A DNA stretch of 57,376 bases, from sequence record SRR2962707_4331. The stretch is one strand, 5' to 3'. The notes beneath the pieces are model-generated. The model saw only the letters and a list, made by a program, of their open reading frames with translations. It was not told the origin of the DNA and made no database searches. The position numbers and the translations under genes are program-made. Of this stretch, positions 28,821-38,109 are shown piece after piece; positions within the stretch are counted from its first letter, which is position 1, and every line of letters begins with the position of its first letter.

Positions 28821-30140
28821 GTGTCGACGGCGGCACGGCTTCGCTGGCGGTCGGGGCTGACCTACGCGGCCCTGGTCGCAGGTTTGCTGCCGGCCTGGCC
28901 GGCTGTGAATCTGGCGGGCACCGCCGCCGCGCTGGTGGCGGTGACCCTGGCCTGGGGTGAGCTGCGGATGGTGGCGCGGGGTCTGTTGACGCTGGTGCTG
29001 CTGTCATTGCTGGCGGCGCTGTTGGTGGCGCCGCACTCCTTGGTGCTGGCCGCCACCGCCATGATTCGCCTGACCGCCCTGATCGTTATCATGATGCTGT
29101 TGGCGGCGGTACTGGGCCGCTCGCCGGATCTGAAGCGGATTTCCGCCGGCCTGTTCAGCGGCCGGCCCCTGCCCCGCTATTACAGCATCACTTTTGGCAC
29201 GGCCTTCCTTTCCGTGCCGCTCAACTTCGGTTCGGTGGGGCTGATCGGCTCGATGGTCGACCAACAGGTGCGGAGCCATGGCGATTCGGCCATGGCGCGC
29301 AACGCCGCCCGCGGTGTGCTGCGTGGCTATGGTGCCTCGCCGATGTTCTCCCCGCTGTCGATCTCCGTGGTCACCACCCTGACCTACCTCGTGGGTCTGC
29401 ATTCCTGGGAGTTGCTGGCGATCAGCGTGCCGCTGGCGATGATCTATCTGGCCAGCGGCGCTTTGTTCCGGGAGGCGGAAAAACCGGTCGGCGGCGACGA
29501 CCGTAAAGACAGTATGCTGATGCCTTGGCTGCGCTTCGGCGCGGTGGTCACCGCGATCTGGATGGTGACGCTGCTGTTCAACGGTCTGCTGGATTTGCGT
29601 TACTCGAAAGCGGTCACTCTGAGCTGCCTGATCGCGGTCATCCTGCTGATGGTGCGCGAGCGCTGGCGCGGGGAACGGGTATCCCTGCCGACCATGGCGC
29701 CGCTGGCCAACGAAGTGGTGATCATGGGCGGCTCATCGTTTCTGGGCGCGCTGATCAGTTTGCTGGTGCTGCATTCTCTGGGGGAGGCGTTCTCGCTACC
29801 GGACTGGGGCTACCCTCTGGTGGCCTTCGTGGTGCCGTTTCTGTTCTTCGGTGGCGGCCAGCTCGGACTCAACCCGATCATAATGGGTACTTTGGCCGGC
29901 GGCGTGATGGGGCCGGTATGGCCGCCGGAAGCGTATGTCGGTCTGGGGCTGGCGATTGTCAGTGGCTGGGCCCAGTGCGCCACGGGGACACCCTATTCCG
30001 CCAATTCGCTATTGATGGAACGGCTCACCGGCTACGACGCCCGGGTCGCCGCGTTCCGCTGGAACCTGGGGTTGTCCGCCTGCTGGCTGGTCTTGAGCGG
30101 CGGGCTGGCCGCTTTGCTTACCGTGGTGCTGATGCCGTGA
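28821..30140 (+). CDS. Polytopic membrane protein of unknown function (possible permease)
   Basis: 439 aa with about 12 hydrophobic segments; LNFGS and LRGY...SP motifs; starts 1 bp after the subunit B stop. Confidence 0.75.
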   Translation: MSTAARLRWRSGLTYAALVAGLLPAWPAVNLAGTAAALVAVTLAWGELRMVARGLLTLVLLSLLAALLVAPHSLVLAATAMIRLTALIVIMMLLAAVLGRSPDLKRISAGLFSGRPLPRYYSITFGTAFLSVPLNFGSVGLIGSMVDQQVRSHGDSAMARNAARGVLRGYGASPMFSPLSISVVTTLTYLVGLHSWELLAISVPLAMIYLASGALFREAEKPVGGDDRKDSMLMPWLRFGAVVTAIWMVTLLFNGLLDLRYSKAVTLSCLIAVILLMVRERWRGERVSLPTMAPLANEVVIMGGSSFLGALISLLVLHSLGEAFSLPDWGYPLVAFVVPFLFFGGGQLGLNPIIMGTLAGGVMGPVWPPEAYVGLGLAIVSGWAQCATGTPYSANSLLMERLTGYDARVAAFRWNLGLSACWLVLSGGLAALLTVVLMP

Positions 30141-30166
30141 GGTCATCTCTTCGCCGTTGATGGCGT

Positions 30167-31177
30167 TCAGCCGGCAGCGGCCGATACGCTTTGATGATCA
30201 GATGAAAACGCGCGGACGAACACCTCGGCCCGTTGCTCCAGCCAATAATGAGGGCGCCGGATCGAACCTTGAACAAACCCCACATGGCCGCCGTGTTCGG
30301 CCACTTCCAACGTCACCGCGTCACTGAGATCCTGTTGCCGGGGCAGGCTGGCCTCGGTCATGAAGGGATCGTCCCGGGCCTGGAGTAGCCAGGTGGGAGT
30401 GTCAATGGCGCCGAGGCGTGTCCCGGCGGAGCACTTAGCGTAGTAGTCGGCGGCATCGCGAAAGCCGTACAAAGGCGCGACGATCCGCCCGTCAAAGTCC
30501 CAGAAAGAGCGGATGCCGGTGCGGTCGAGGCCCGCCAGGATCGCCGCTTGCTCGGGGTTTACCTTGTGCAGATGCCGTTCCTGGGCATCCAGGGTAGCGA
30601 GCAGGGCTTTGATCAGATGATTGCGATAGATGCGCGAGAAGCCCTGATCCATGTGGTCGGCACTGTTCGCCAGTTGCAACGGCGCGCAGATCGCCAGGGC
30701 GCCGGCCAGCTTGCCGGAATCCGCCAGGGCCAGCCAGTTGAGCAGGCGTGAGGCTCCCAGGGAAACGCCGAGCGCCAGTACCGGTGCCCCCTTGGCGCGT
30801 GCATGGACGTGCTCGATCACGGCGTTGAGATCATCGATCTCCCCGGCGTGGTAAGACCTGGCGGTGTCATTGGGAACCAGGGCGCCACGGCCATTGGCCG
30901 CCACTGAAGGCAGGCCGAGAGCGAGCAGACGCCGTTGGATACCGATGATGTAGTGCGAATCACTGGAACCGGACAGGCCGTGCTGGAGCAGTAAGACCGG
31001 AAGCTGGCCGTCCGGTGCCGGTCCGCACCAGTCCAGCAGCAGATAATCGCCATCCGCCAGCGGCAGCGTCTCCCGCCGCCGTGCCGGTGCTCCGGTACGG
31101 CGCAACAGCGGCCCCCACAGAGTTTGCAGATGAGGGGAACGGGCCCACCAGGGGGCCCGAAAAGCGGCGGAAGTCAT
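30167..31177 (-). CDS. YheT-family alpha/beta hydrolase
   Basis: PHLQTLW, HGLSG, nucleophile elbow GVSLG, DDPF and HGGHVGF motifs. Confidence 0.9.
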   Translation of the reverse strand: MTSAAFRAPWWARSPHLQTLWGPLLRRTGAPARRRETLPLADGDYLLLDWCGPAPDGQLPVLLLQHGLSGSSDSHYIIGIQRRLLALGLPSVAANGRGALVPNDTARSYHAGEIDDLNAVIEHVHARAKGAPVLALGVSLGASRLLNWLALADSGKLAGALAICAPLQLANSADHMDQGFSRIYRNHLIKALLATLDAQERHLHKVNPEQAAILAGLDRTGIRSFWDFDGRIVAPLYGFRDAADYYAKCSAGTRLGAIDTPTWLLQARDDPFMTEASLPRQQDLSDAVTLEVAEHGGHVGFVQGSIRRPHYWLEQRAEVFVRAFSSDHQSVSAAAG

Positions 31178-31179
31178 GC

Positions 31180-32139
31180 TCAGGGCTGGGTTCTGTCGAT
31201 GGTCTTCAGTACTTTTTGCAGACCGGCGACGGTGCCGCCGACATCGCTCAGATTGGACGGCAGCAGCAGTGTGGTGGACTCCTTCGCCAGTTTCTCGAAG
31301 GCGCTCACGTACTGTTCGGCGATGCGCAGGCTGACGGCTTCCTCGCCACCGTCTTCCTTCACCGCCGTGGCCACCTCACGCAAACCGGTGGCGGTGGCCT
31401 GGGCGATCAGTTCGATCTGCCGGGCGCGACCTTCCGCCTCGTTGATTTGCTTCATCTTTTCACCTTCAGAGATGTTGATCATCTCCTGCTTCTCACCCTC
31501 GGAGCGGTTGATCGCCGCCTGGCGGTCACCCTCGGAACGGTTGATCGCGGCCTGACGATCCCCTTCGGACTCCGCCACCACCGCACGGCGTTCCCGCTCG
31601 GCGCGGACCTGTTTCTCCATGGCGTCCTTGATCGAGGCCGGCAGATTGATGTCCGCCACCTCGTAACGCAGAACCTTCACGCCCCAGGGCTGGGCCGCTT
31701 CGTCCACCGCCTGGACCACTTCCATATTGATTTCGGAGCGTTCCTCGAAGGTCTTGTCCAGGTCGATCTTACCGATCACCGAACGCAGCGTGGTTTGCGC
31801 CAGCTGCTGGGCAGCCATGACATAGTCGTCCACGCCGTAACTGGCGGATTTGGGATCGACCACCTGCAGGTACATGACGCCGTCGATGGAGACTTCGATG
31901 TTGTCCTTGGTGATACAACTCTGGCGTGGCACGTCGCGCACGATTTCCTTCAGGGAATGTTTGTAGGCCACTTTATCGATGAACGGCATGAGAATATGCA
32001 TGCCTGCTTCCAGAGAGGTGCGGTACTTGCCGAGCCGTTCCACCACGTAGACGTTCCGCTGCGGAACGATACGAATGGTCATTCCCAGCAGCACGATGAC
32101 GCCGAGGGCGATCAGTGCGGAAATAATCAATCCTTGCAT
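31180..32139 (-). CDS. SPFH/band-7 (QmcA/paraslipin-like) membrane protein
   Basis: N-terminal TM helix; VERLGKY, ITKDN, AQTTLRSVIG, PWGVKV and AERERRA motifs. Confidence 0.93.
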   Translation of the reverse strand: MQGLIISALIALGVIVLLGMTIRIVPQRNVYVVERLGKYRTSLEAGMHILMPFIDKVAYKHSLKEIVRDVPRQSCITKDNIEVSIDGVMYLQVVDPKSASYGVDDYVMAAQQLAQTTLRSVIGKIDLDKTFEERSEINMEVVQAVDEAAQPWGVKVLRYEVADINLPASIKDAMEKQVRAERERRAVVAESEGDRQAAINRSEGDRQAAINRSEGEKQEMINISEGEKMKQINEAEGRARQIELIAQATATGLREVATAVKEDGGEEAVSLRIAEQYVSAFEKLAKESTTLLLPSNLSDVGGTVAGLQKVLKTIDRTQP

Positions 32140-32149
32140 AATGTAATCC

Positions 32150-32611
32150 TTACGGTTGCTTGTCGGTTGAAGTGCTGGACCAGGGCTCGACCGTGAGCCA
32201 GAGGCCATCATGTTTGGTGATTCGCACCATTTCCCCGGCTTTCAAGGCCACTGGCGATTGCGCTTGCCAGCGGGCACCGCGGTACCGTACCGCGCCGATA
32301 CCGTCCACGAAATCCTGCTCCACGGTAGCGCGGGAGCCGATCAGGCCAGCGCTGTCCTCGATGGATTTGGACTGGGCCTCGCGTCCGAACAGCCAGGCGC
32401 GCAAATAGCGCCGCGCCCCCACCAGCAACAGCAGGCTGATGACGGCGAAGGTGGTGATCTCCCAGGTCAGGTCATTGAGAACACCGAAAAACACCAGGAT
32501 GCCGACGATTACCGCCGCCAGACCGAGAAAAATGGTCAGCAGCCCGGAGATCAAAAACTCCGCGATGATCAGAATCAACCCGAGAATGATCCAGTAACTG
32601 TATTCCGGCAT
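32150..32611 (-). CDS. NfeD-family (YbbJ-like) protein
   Basis: WIILGLILIIAE, three TM helices and an OB-fold C-terminus (LIG...G.V...GARW); paired with the SPFH gene. Confidence 0.9.
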   Translation of the reverse strand: MPEYSYWIILGLILIIAEFLISGLLTIFLGLAAVIVGILVFFGVLNDLTWEITTFAVISLLLLVGARRYLRAWLFGREAQSKSIEDSAGLIGSRATVEQDFVDGIGAVRYRGARWQAQSPVALKAGEMVRITKHDGLWLTVEPWSSTSTDKQP

Positions 32612-32727
32612 AGGTTTCAATCCCTTGTAATCGGTGTGCTTTTGGCGGCGAAATGACGCCCCTGACAAGTGCCCTATGGTAGCCTAGGCGCACCGCAAAA
32701 ACCGCCCTCGTTTTAACGGATCCGCCG

Positions 32728-33453
32728 ATGCCCTCAATGCGCCGATTCTTCGATGATCAGGACTTTCACCTCGACCGGCCCTGCCAGCTGGGCGCCAGCC
32801 CCAGCCAGCATATCGCCCGGGTGTTGCGCATGAGCAAGGGAGAGGAGGTGGTGCTGTTCAACGGCCGGGGAGGCGAATGGCGGGCCCGCCTCGTCGCGGT
32901 GGACAAGAAAACCGTGGAAGTGTTGCCCCTGGCCCACGATCCGGTGGAACGCACGCCACCGCTGGCGGTGACCCTGGGGTTGCCGATGATCAAAGGCGAG
33001 CGCATGGATTACGCCATCCAGAAAGCCACCGAGTTGGGCGTTGCCCGTATCCAGATTCTGGATACCGCCCGTTGCGAAGTCCGCCTGAAAGGCGAACGTC
33101 AGGAGAAAAAGCGTGAGCATTGGCGGCAGGTGGCGATCAGCGCTTGCGAGCAGTGCGGCCTTAACCGGCCGCCCGAGATTCTCACCGCGATGCCCTTGAA
33201 CAGCTGGCTGGCCGGACCGCTGCCCGGGCTTAAACTGATTGCTCATCCGGGCAGTGAGCCTTTTTCCCGCCACCGCCTGACCGCGCAGAGCGAGCTGACC
33301 TTGCTCACCGGCCCGGAAGGCGGGTTCGATGACGACGAACTCGAAAGCGCTTTCGACGCCGGCTTTTCCGCCTTTGCCCTCGGCAGCCGGGTATTACGCG
33401 CGGAAACCGCGCCGGTGGCGCTGTTGGCCGCCTTGTGGGCCTGGTTATCCTGA
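32728..33453 (+). CDS. rsmE: 16S rRNA m3U1498 methyltransferase
   Basis: HIARVLR, QKATELG, ACEQC, GPEGG and LRAETA motifs. Confidence 0.96.
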   Translation: MPSMRRFFDDQDFHLDRPCQLGASPSQHIARVLRMSKGEEVVLFNGRGGEWRARLVAVDKKTVEVLPLAHDPVERTPPLAVTLGLPMIKGERMDYAIQKATELGVARIQILDTARCEVRLKGERQEKKREHWRQVAISACEQCGLNRPPEILTAMPLNSWLAGPLPGLKLIAHPGSEPFSRHRLTAQSELTLLTGPEGGFDDDELESAFDAGFSAFALGSRVLRAETAPVALLAALWAWLS

Positions 33454-33616
33454 CCACCCCGGCTCCCCCCGCTCGAAGTTAGTGCACCGCCCCTCCCATT
33501 TTTGTGCGCTCTTCCATAGGTGGTGTACCTCATGATCAGTGTGCTCGTACTTTGCAGTACGTGAGCATCCACTATTTCCGCATTCTCGCGGGTATTTCCG
33601 TGAACATTGGAAAATC

Positions 33617-33632
33617 TGGCACGGCTCTTGAT
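33617..33632 (+). promoter_or_regulatory. Possible sigma54 (-24/-12) promoter for the amidase gene
   Basis: TGGCAC-N5-TTGAT versus consensus TGGCAC-N5-TTGCW (C replaced by A at -12); NtrC-like GCTC-N7-GTGCA at 33471-33486. Confidence 0.45.
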
Positions 33633-33741
33633 TCCTGGACAGGCAACGCGACAGGAGTTTGCCCGGGGCCGGTTGCAGGCCCCGGGCCCTTTTATTCAGG
33701 GATATGTGTTGAACCGTACAGAGGGAAATGGGGACGTTTCC

Positions 33742-35415
33742 ATGATCAAAACCAGATTGTTCGCGGTTACCGCCTTATCGCTTGCCGTACTTGCCGGCTG
33801 TGGCGGCTCCTCCAGCAGTGATTCCGCTCCGCCGGTAGTGGAGCCGGTACCGTTTTCCTATGTTGAAGCCACGGTAAGCAGTCTGCACACCTCGTTGGAG
33901 ACTGGCGGTGTTACCTGTGAAGAAGTCATCCAGGGCTATATCGATCGTATCCATGCTTATGACGACGACGGTACCGAAACCGAGTTGCGCAGTGTCGTCA
34001 ACATCAACCCGGATGCGTTGTTCGAAGCCCGGGAAAAAGATCTGAACTTCGAGGTAACCGGCATCGATGGCCCTCTCTATTGTGTGCCGGTGCTGCCGAA
34101 GGACAACTTCAACACCAAACAGATGCCGACCACCGGTGGCGCGATTGCATTCCAGTACAACCGGCCTCTGGAGGATGCCTACACCATCCGCCGTCTGCGC
34201 GAAGCCGGCGCCATCATCATTGGCAAGGCCAACATGGATGAATTCGCCTTCGGCTTCACTGGAGCCAGTTCCCTGCGTGGTCTGGTGAAGAACGCCTACG
34301 ACCAGAGCAAAGGCGCGGGGGGGTCTTCCAGCGGTACCGGCACCGCCATTGCCGCCAGCCTGGCCATGGTGGGGACCGGCAGCGACACCGGTGGTTCCAT
34401 CCGGGTGCCTTCCAGTCTGGGTGGTTTGGTCGGGATACGGCCTTCGCTGAAGCTGGTGAGCCAGGACGGCATCATGCCGCTGGCGTCCTGGCAGGATACC
34501 GGCGGTCCCATGTGCCGTACCGTGGAAGACTGTGCGCTGATGATGGATGCCATGGTCGGTTTCGATGATTCCCCCCATGCCAACCAGCGCACCAGTTTTG
34601 AAATCGACGCGCCGGCGATGAGCAGCGAGGCCGAGTACAAGACCCTTACCGGAGTGCCGGACACCTACACGGATTATCTGGATGCCGATGGTCTCAATGG
34701 CGCCCGTATCGGTGTGGTGCGCGAGCTGTTCGGCGACAATGAAACCGTCAACGCGGTAATGGAAGACGCGCTGGCCGCCATGGAAGCCGCCGGCGCCACG
34801 GTGGAAGATGTTACCGTCGATGATCTGAGCACCATCCTTGGCGACTACTCTTCCATGTCCAGCTATGAGTTCCAGCATGATCTGGTCGCTTACCTGAACA
34901 GCTGGGTCAACGTCATGGACGGTCACATCCAGACCTACCAGGGGCTCCTGGACAGCGGCGGCTACCTGCCCAACTACCAGAGCAGCCTGGAATATCGCGG
35001 CACCATCGATCTGGACAACCTCACACCGGAACAGCAGGAGGTGTACAGCAAGAATACAGTGGAACGCCCGGTGTTCGTGCGCGAGCGGCTGATGCGGGCG
35101 CTGGATAACGTGGATGCCGCCGGCAACAGCCTGGGCCAGCCTTACGATGTGCTGTTATACCCGACCATGACCGGTCTGGCCGGTGATCTCGGGGGCAGTC
35201 CCAGCGCTGGCAGCAACAACCGGTTGAGCCCGTTCTCCCAGTTCCCGGCGCTGACGCTGCCCGCCGGCATGGCCACCAATCTGGATCCGGCACAACCCAT
35301 TGGCATGGAGATGCTGGGGCGGGAATACGCCGAGCCGACCCTGATCAAAATCGCCTACGGTTACCAGGAGCAGGTACACCCCCGCCAACCGCCGACGTTC
35401 ACGCCAGAGCTTTGA
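33742..35415 (+). CDS. Amidase-signature family enzyme with lipoprotein signal
   Basis: Lipobox LAGC and Ser-rich linker; catalytic Lys (PKDNF), GKANMDE, GGSSSG and GSDTGGSIR (Ser-cisSer-Lys triad). Confidence 0.9.
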   Translation: MIKTRLFAVTALSLAVLAGCGGSSSSDSAPPVVEPVPFSYVEATVSSLHTSLETGGVTCEEVIQGYIDRIHAYDDDGTETELRSVVNINPDALFEAREKDLNFEVTGIDGPLYCVPVLPKDNFNTKQMPTTGGAIAFQYNRPLEDAYTIRRLREAGAIIIGKANMDEFAFGFTGASSLRGLVKNAYDQSKGAGGSSSGTGTAIAASLAMVGTGSDTGGSIRVPSSLGGLVGIRPSLKLVSQDGIMPLASWQDTGGPMCRTVEDCALMMDAMVGFDDSPHANQRTSFEIDAPAMSSEAEYKTLTGVPDTYTDYLDADGLNGARIGVVRELFGDNETVNAVMEDALAAMEAAGATVEDVTVDDLSTILGDYSSMSSYEFQHDLVAYLNSWVNVMDGHIQTYQGLLDSGGYLPNYQSSLEYRGTIDLDNLTPEQQEVYSKNTVERPVFVRERLMRALDNVDAAGNSLGQPYDVLLYPTMTGLAGDLGGSPSAGSNNRLSPFSQFPALTLPAGMATNLDPAQPIGMEMLGREYAEPTLIKIAYGYQEQVHPRQPPTFTPEL

Positions 35416-35445
35416 CGATGACTTTTCCCGGGGTTTCCGGGACAG

Positions 35446-35469
35446 GGGCACCTTCGGGTGCCCTTTTTT
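35446..35469 (+). terminator. Rho-independent terminator after the amidase gene
   Basis: GGGCACC-TTCG-GGTGCCC followed by TTTTTT. Confidence 0.88.
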
Positions 35470-35533
35470 ATGATCCTCGCGGTTACTTCCCGTGGCGGCC
35501 GGCAGGCTCGTGTTGTGATGATTTCTTGCCATA

Positions 35534-35555
35534 CAATATATAAAAATATAAATTA
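35534..35555. promoter_or_regulatory. AT-rich BigR/SqrR-type operator
   Basis: AATATATA-aaaa-TATAAATT inverted repeat (1 mismatch) directly upstream of the ArsR gene, in otherwise GC-rich DNA. Confidence 0.6.
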
Positions 35556-35579
35556 AACAAAATGAAAGTGAGAGGCACC

Positions 35580-35906
35580 ATGAAGCACCCCGTTCCCGAC
35601 CTGGATATGGATCAGTTGCGCGACAATGCCGCCGCGGCGGGACGCCTGTTGAAGGCGCTGGCCAATCCGGACCGTTTGTTGCTGCTTTGCCAGCTTTGCC
35701 AGGGTGAGCGCAATGTGGGTGAGCTGGAAGGAGCCGTGGGGGTACCGCAGCCCACTCTGTCCCAGCAGCTCGGCGTGTTACGGCGGGAGGGGCTGGTGGC
35801 GACCCGGCGTGAGGGCAAGCAGATTTACTACCGCATCGCCAGCGACGAAGCGCTGGCGGTGATCGAAACCTTGTATCGATTGTTTTGCGAGGAGGCTCGT
35901 CGATGA
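35580..35906 (+). CDS. ArsR/SmtB-family regulator, BigR-like
   Basis: LKALANPDRLLLLCQL, QPTLSQQLGVLR, TRREGKQIYY and C-terminal LYRLFC (two-Cys persulfide-sensor pattern). Confidence 0.9.
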   Translation: MKHPVPDLDMDQLRDNAAAAGRLLKALANPDRLLLLCQLCQGERNVGELEGAVGVPQPTLSQQLGVLRREGLVATRREGKQIYYRIASDEALAVIETLYRLFCEEARR

Positions 35907-36367
35907 ACGTGGAGTGGAGCCTGTTCACCCCCTGGAGTGCTCTGGCCGGAGGTGTGTTGATCGGTCTGGCCGCGTCTTTGCTGATTCTGGCCAACGGCCG
36001 CATTGCCGGTATCAGCGGGTTGCTCGGTGGGTTGCTGGACGGATTGTTTGGCGGGTCGGCGCGGTCCGGCCAGGAAGGGCGTGGTGAAGCGGCGCTGTTT
36101 TTACTCGGGTTGCTGGCCGCGCCGCTGCTCTGGAGCCTGTTCGCGGCGGTACCGGAAAGCCATTTCAGCGGCTCGCCGGCGATGCTGATCGTGGCGGGGC
36201 TGCTGGTGGGCCTGGGAACCCGCTACGGCTCCGGTTGTACCAGCGGTCATGGTGTCTGCGGCCTGTCCCGGCTGTCACCGCGTTCCCTGGTGGCCACGTT
36301 GTGCTTCATGGGGGCGGGTTTCGTCACCGTCTATGTCGTCCGCCATCTGTTGGGAGTCGCGGTATGA
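35903..36367 (+). CDS. YeeE/YedE-family sulfur transport membrane protein
   Basis: GGVLIG, GRIAGISG and GSGCTSGHGVCGLSRLSPRS motifs. Confidence 0.92.
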   Translation: MNVEWSLFTPWSALAGGVLIGLAASLLILANGRIAGISGLLGGLLDGLFGGSARSGQEGRGEAALFLLGLLAAPLLWSLFAAVPESHFSGSPAMLIVAGLLVGLGTRYGSGCTSGHGVCGLSRLSPRSLVATLCFMGAGFVTVYVVRHLLGVAV

Positions 36368-36783
36368 ACAAGCTGACGGCGCTACTTGCGGGCCTGCTGT
36401 TCGGTGTCGGGCTGATTCTGTCCGGTATGACCGATCCGGCCAAGGTGCTGGGCTTTCTTGACCTGACCGGTGCCTGGGATCCTTCCCTGGCGCTGGTGAT
36501 GGTAGGTGCCATCGCCGCGGCCATGGCGCCGATGGCCCTGGCCCGCCGCCGCTCCCGGGCCTGGCTGGGCGGTGCCATGCGGCTGCCCACGCGGCGCGAC
36601 CTTGACCGCCGCCTGGTGGGCGGCAGTCTGCTGTTCGGCGTCGGCTGGGGATTGGCGGGTATTTGCCCCGGTCCGGCTCTGACGCTGCTGCCTCTGGGTT
36701 ATTGGCAGGGCATTGTGTTCGTGGCGGCGATGGTCGCCGGCATGTTGCTGTTTCGTGTTTTGCAATCACGAGGCGGAGGCTGA
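36364..36783 (+). CDS. YeeE/YedE-family membrane protein (second subunit)
   Basis: SGMTDPAKVLGFLD, WDPSL and FGVGWGLAGICPGP motifs. Confidence 0.92.
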   Translation: MNKLTALLAGLLFGVGLILSGMTDPAKVLGFLDLTGAWDPSLALVMVGAIAAAMAPMALARRRSRAWLGGAMRLPTRRDLDRRLVGGSLLFGVGWGLAGICPGPALTLLPLGYWQGIVFVAAMVAGMLLFRVLQSRGGG

Positions 36784-37968
36784 CGTCTCCGCCGGTGTCA
36801 GCCACGCCAGCAGACAGGCCACGGCCGCCAGACCCAGACCGAGCCCGACCACGCCGTTCCACTGGTAATGCTGGTAGACCCACGCGGAGGCCAGCGAGCC
36901 TCCGGCGCCGCCAAGAAAGTACACGAACATGTAGCCGGAATTGAGGCGATTGCGGGCCGACTCATCCAGCGCGTAGATCACGTTCATGTTGCTGATGTGC
37001 ACCGCCTGGATCGCCAGATCCAATATCACGATGCCGATGATCAGCGCGATCAGGCTCACTTCACTGAAGCCCATCACCACCCAGGACAACGCCAGCATCA
37101 ACACGCCGCCCAAGGTGGTCCAGCGGGCGTAGCCCCGGTCGGCCAGGCTGCCCGCCTTGCGCGCGGACAAGGCGCCCACCGCCCCGGCCAGCCCGAACAG
37201 GCCGATGGTGGCGTCGGAGAAGTGCCAGGGTTCGGAGGAAAGCAAAAACGCCGCCGAGGTCCAGAACACGCTGAACATGGCGAAGGTCAGGAAACCCAAA
37301 GCGGAACGGGCCCGATACAGGCGATAACGGGCGAACAACTGGCCAATGGACAGCAGTAAACGGCCATAGGAAAGCCCCGCCGATTGCCGGTGGGTGGGCA
37401 GCAGCCGCCACAGCGCCAGGGCGTTTAGGAACATCAGCGCCGAAGCTACCCAGTAGACGGTGCGCCAATCGCCGAGGGTGGACAAGGCGCCGGCCACGGT
37501 CCGGGCCAGCAGAATCCCCAGCAACAGACCGCTCATCACCGTGCCCACCACTTTGCCGCGCACCGCCGGCGCCGCGAGAGTGGCGGCAAAGGGCACCAGC
37601 ACCTGGGCCACCACGGTGAAAGCGCCGGTAATGGCGGTGCCCACCAGCAGCATGGTCAGCGTGGAGGCATTGGCACTGATCAGCAGGCCGCCGGCGGCCA
37701 GCGTGATCATGGTGACGATCAGCCGCCGCCGCTCGAACATGTCGCCAAGAGGCACCAGCAGCAGCAATCCGGCCGCGTAGCCCGCCTGGGCGGCGGTGAC
37801 GATGATGCCGGCGCGGGAATAGGACAACGACAACTCATCGGCGATAGTGTGCAGCAACGGCTGGGCATAGTAGTTGCTGGCCACCGCCAACCCGGTGGTG
37901 ACGGTCATCAGCATAAGCAGCATGGGATTGAGCCCGGGTGCCGTATCGTGCTGGCGGTCTGTGTTCAT
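36766..37968 (-). CDS. MFS transporter
   Basis: SNYYAQPLL, PLGDMFERRRLI, GKVVGTVMSGLLLGILLAR and RLNSGYM motifs. Confidence 0.92.
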   Translation of the reverse strand: MNTDRQHDTAPGLNPMLLMLMTVTTGLAVASNYYAQPLLHTIADELSLSYSRAGIIVTAAQAGYAAGLLLLVPLGDMFERRRLIVTMITLAAGGLLISANASTLTMLLVGTAITGAFTVVAQVLVPFAATLAAPAVRGKVVGTVMSGLLLGILLARTVAGALSTLGDWRTVYWVASALMFLNALALWRLLPTHRQSAGLSYGRLLLSIGQLFARYRLYRARSALGFLTFAMFSVFWTSAAFLLSSEPWHFSDATIGLFGLAGAVGALSARKAGSLADRGYARWTTLGGVLMLALSWVVMGFSEVSLIALIIGIVILDLAIQAVHISNMNVIYALDESARNRLNSGYMFVYFLGGAGGSLASAWVYQHYQWNGVVGLGLGLAAVACLLAWLTPAETSASAS

Positions 37969-38109
37969 GGCCTCTCCTCGCGGATCTCCCTGGCGGGCTG
38001 GGTGTCGGTAATCGACTGAGCGGCGCAGTGTCGGCCAATCGCCGCCATGTGACAAATGCATTAATATCATCCCAGCTATCTATAAAAGAGATGGATCAGG
38101 GGCTGGGCC

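Noticed and set aside
33607..33741. Upstream extension of the amidase ORF to TTG 33607
   Set aside because: The lipoprotein signal begins at ATG 33742, and the extension overlaps the putative promoter.
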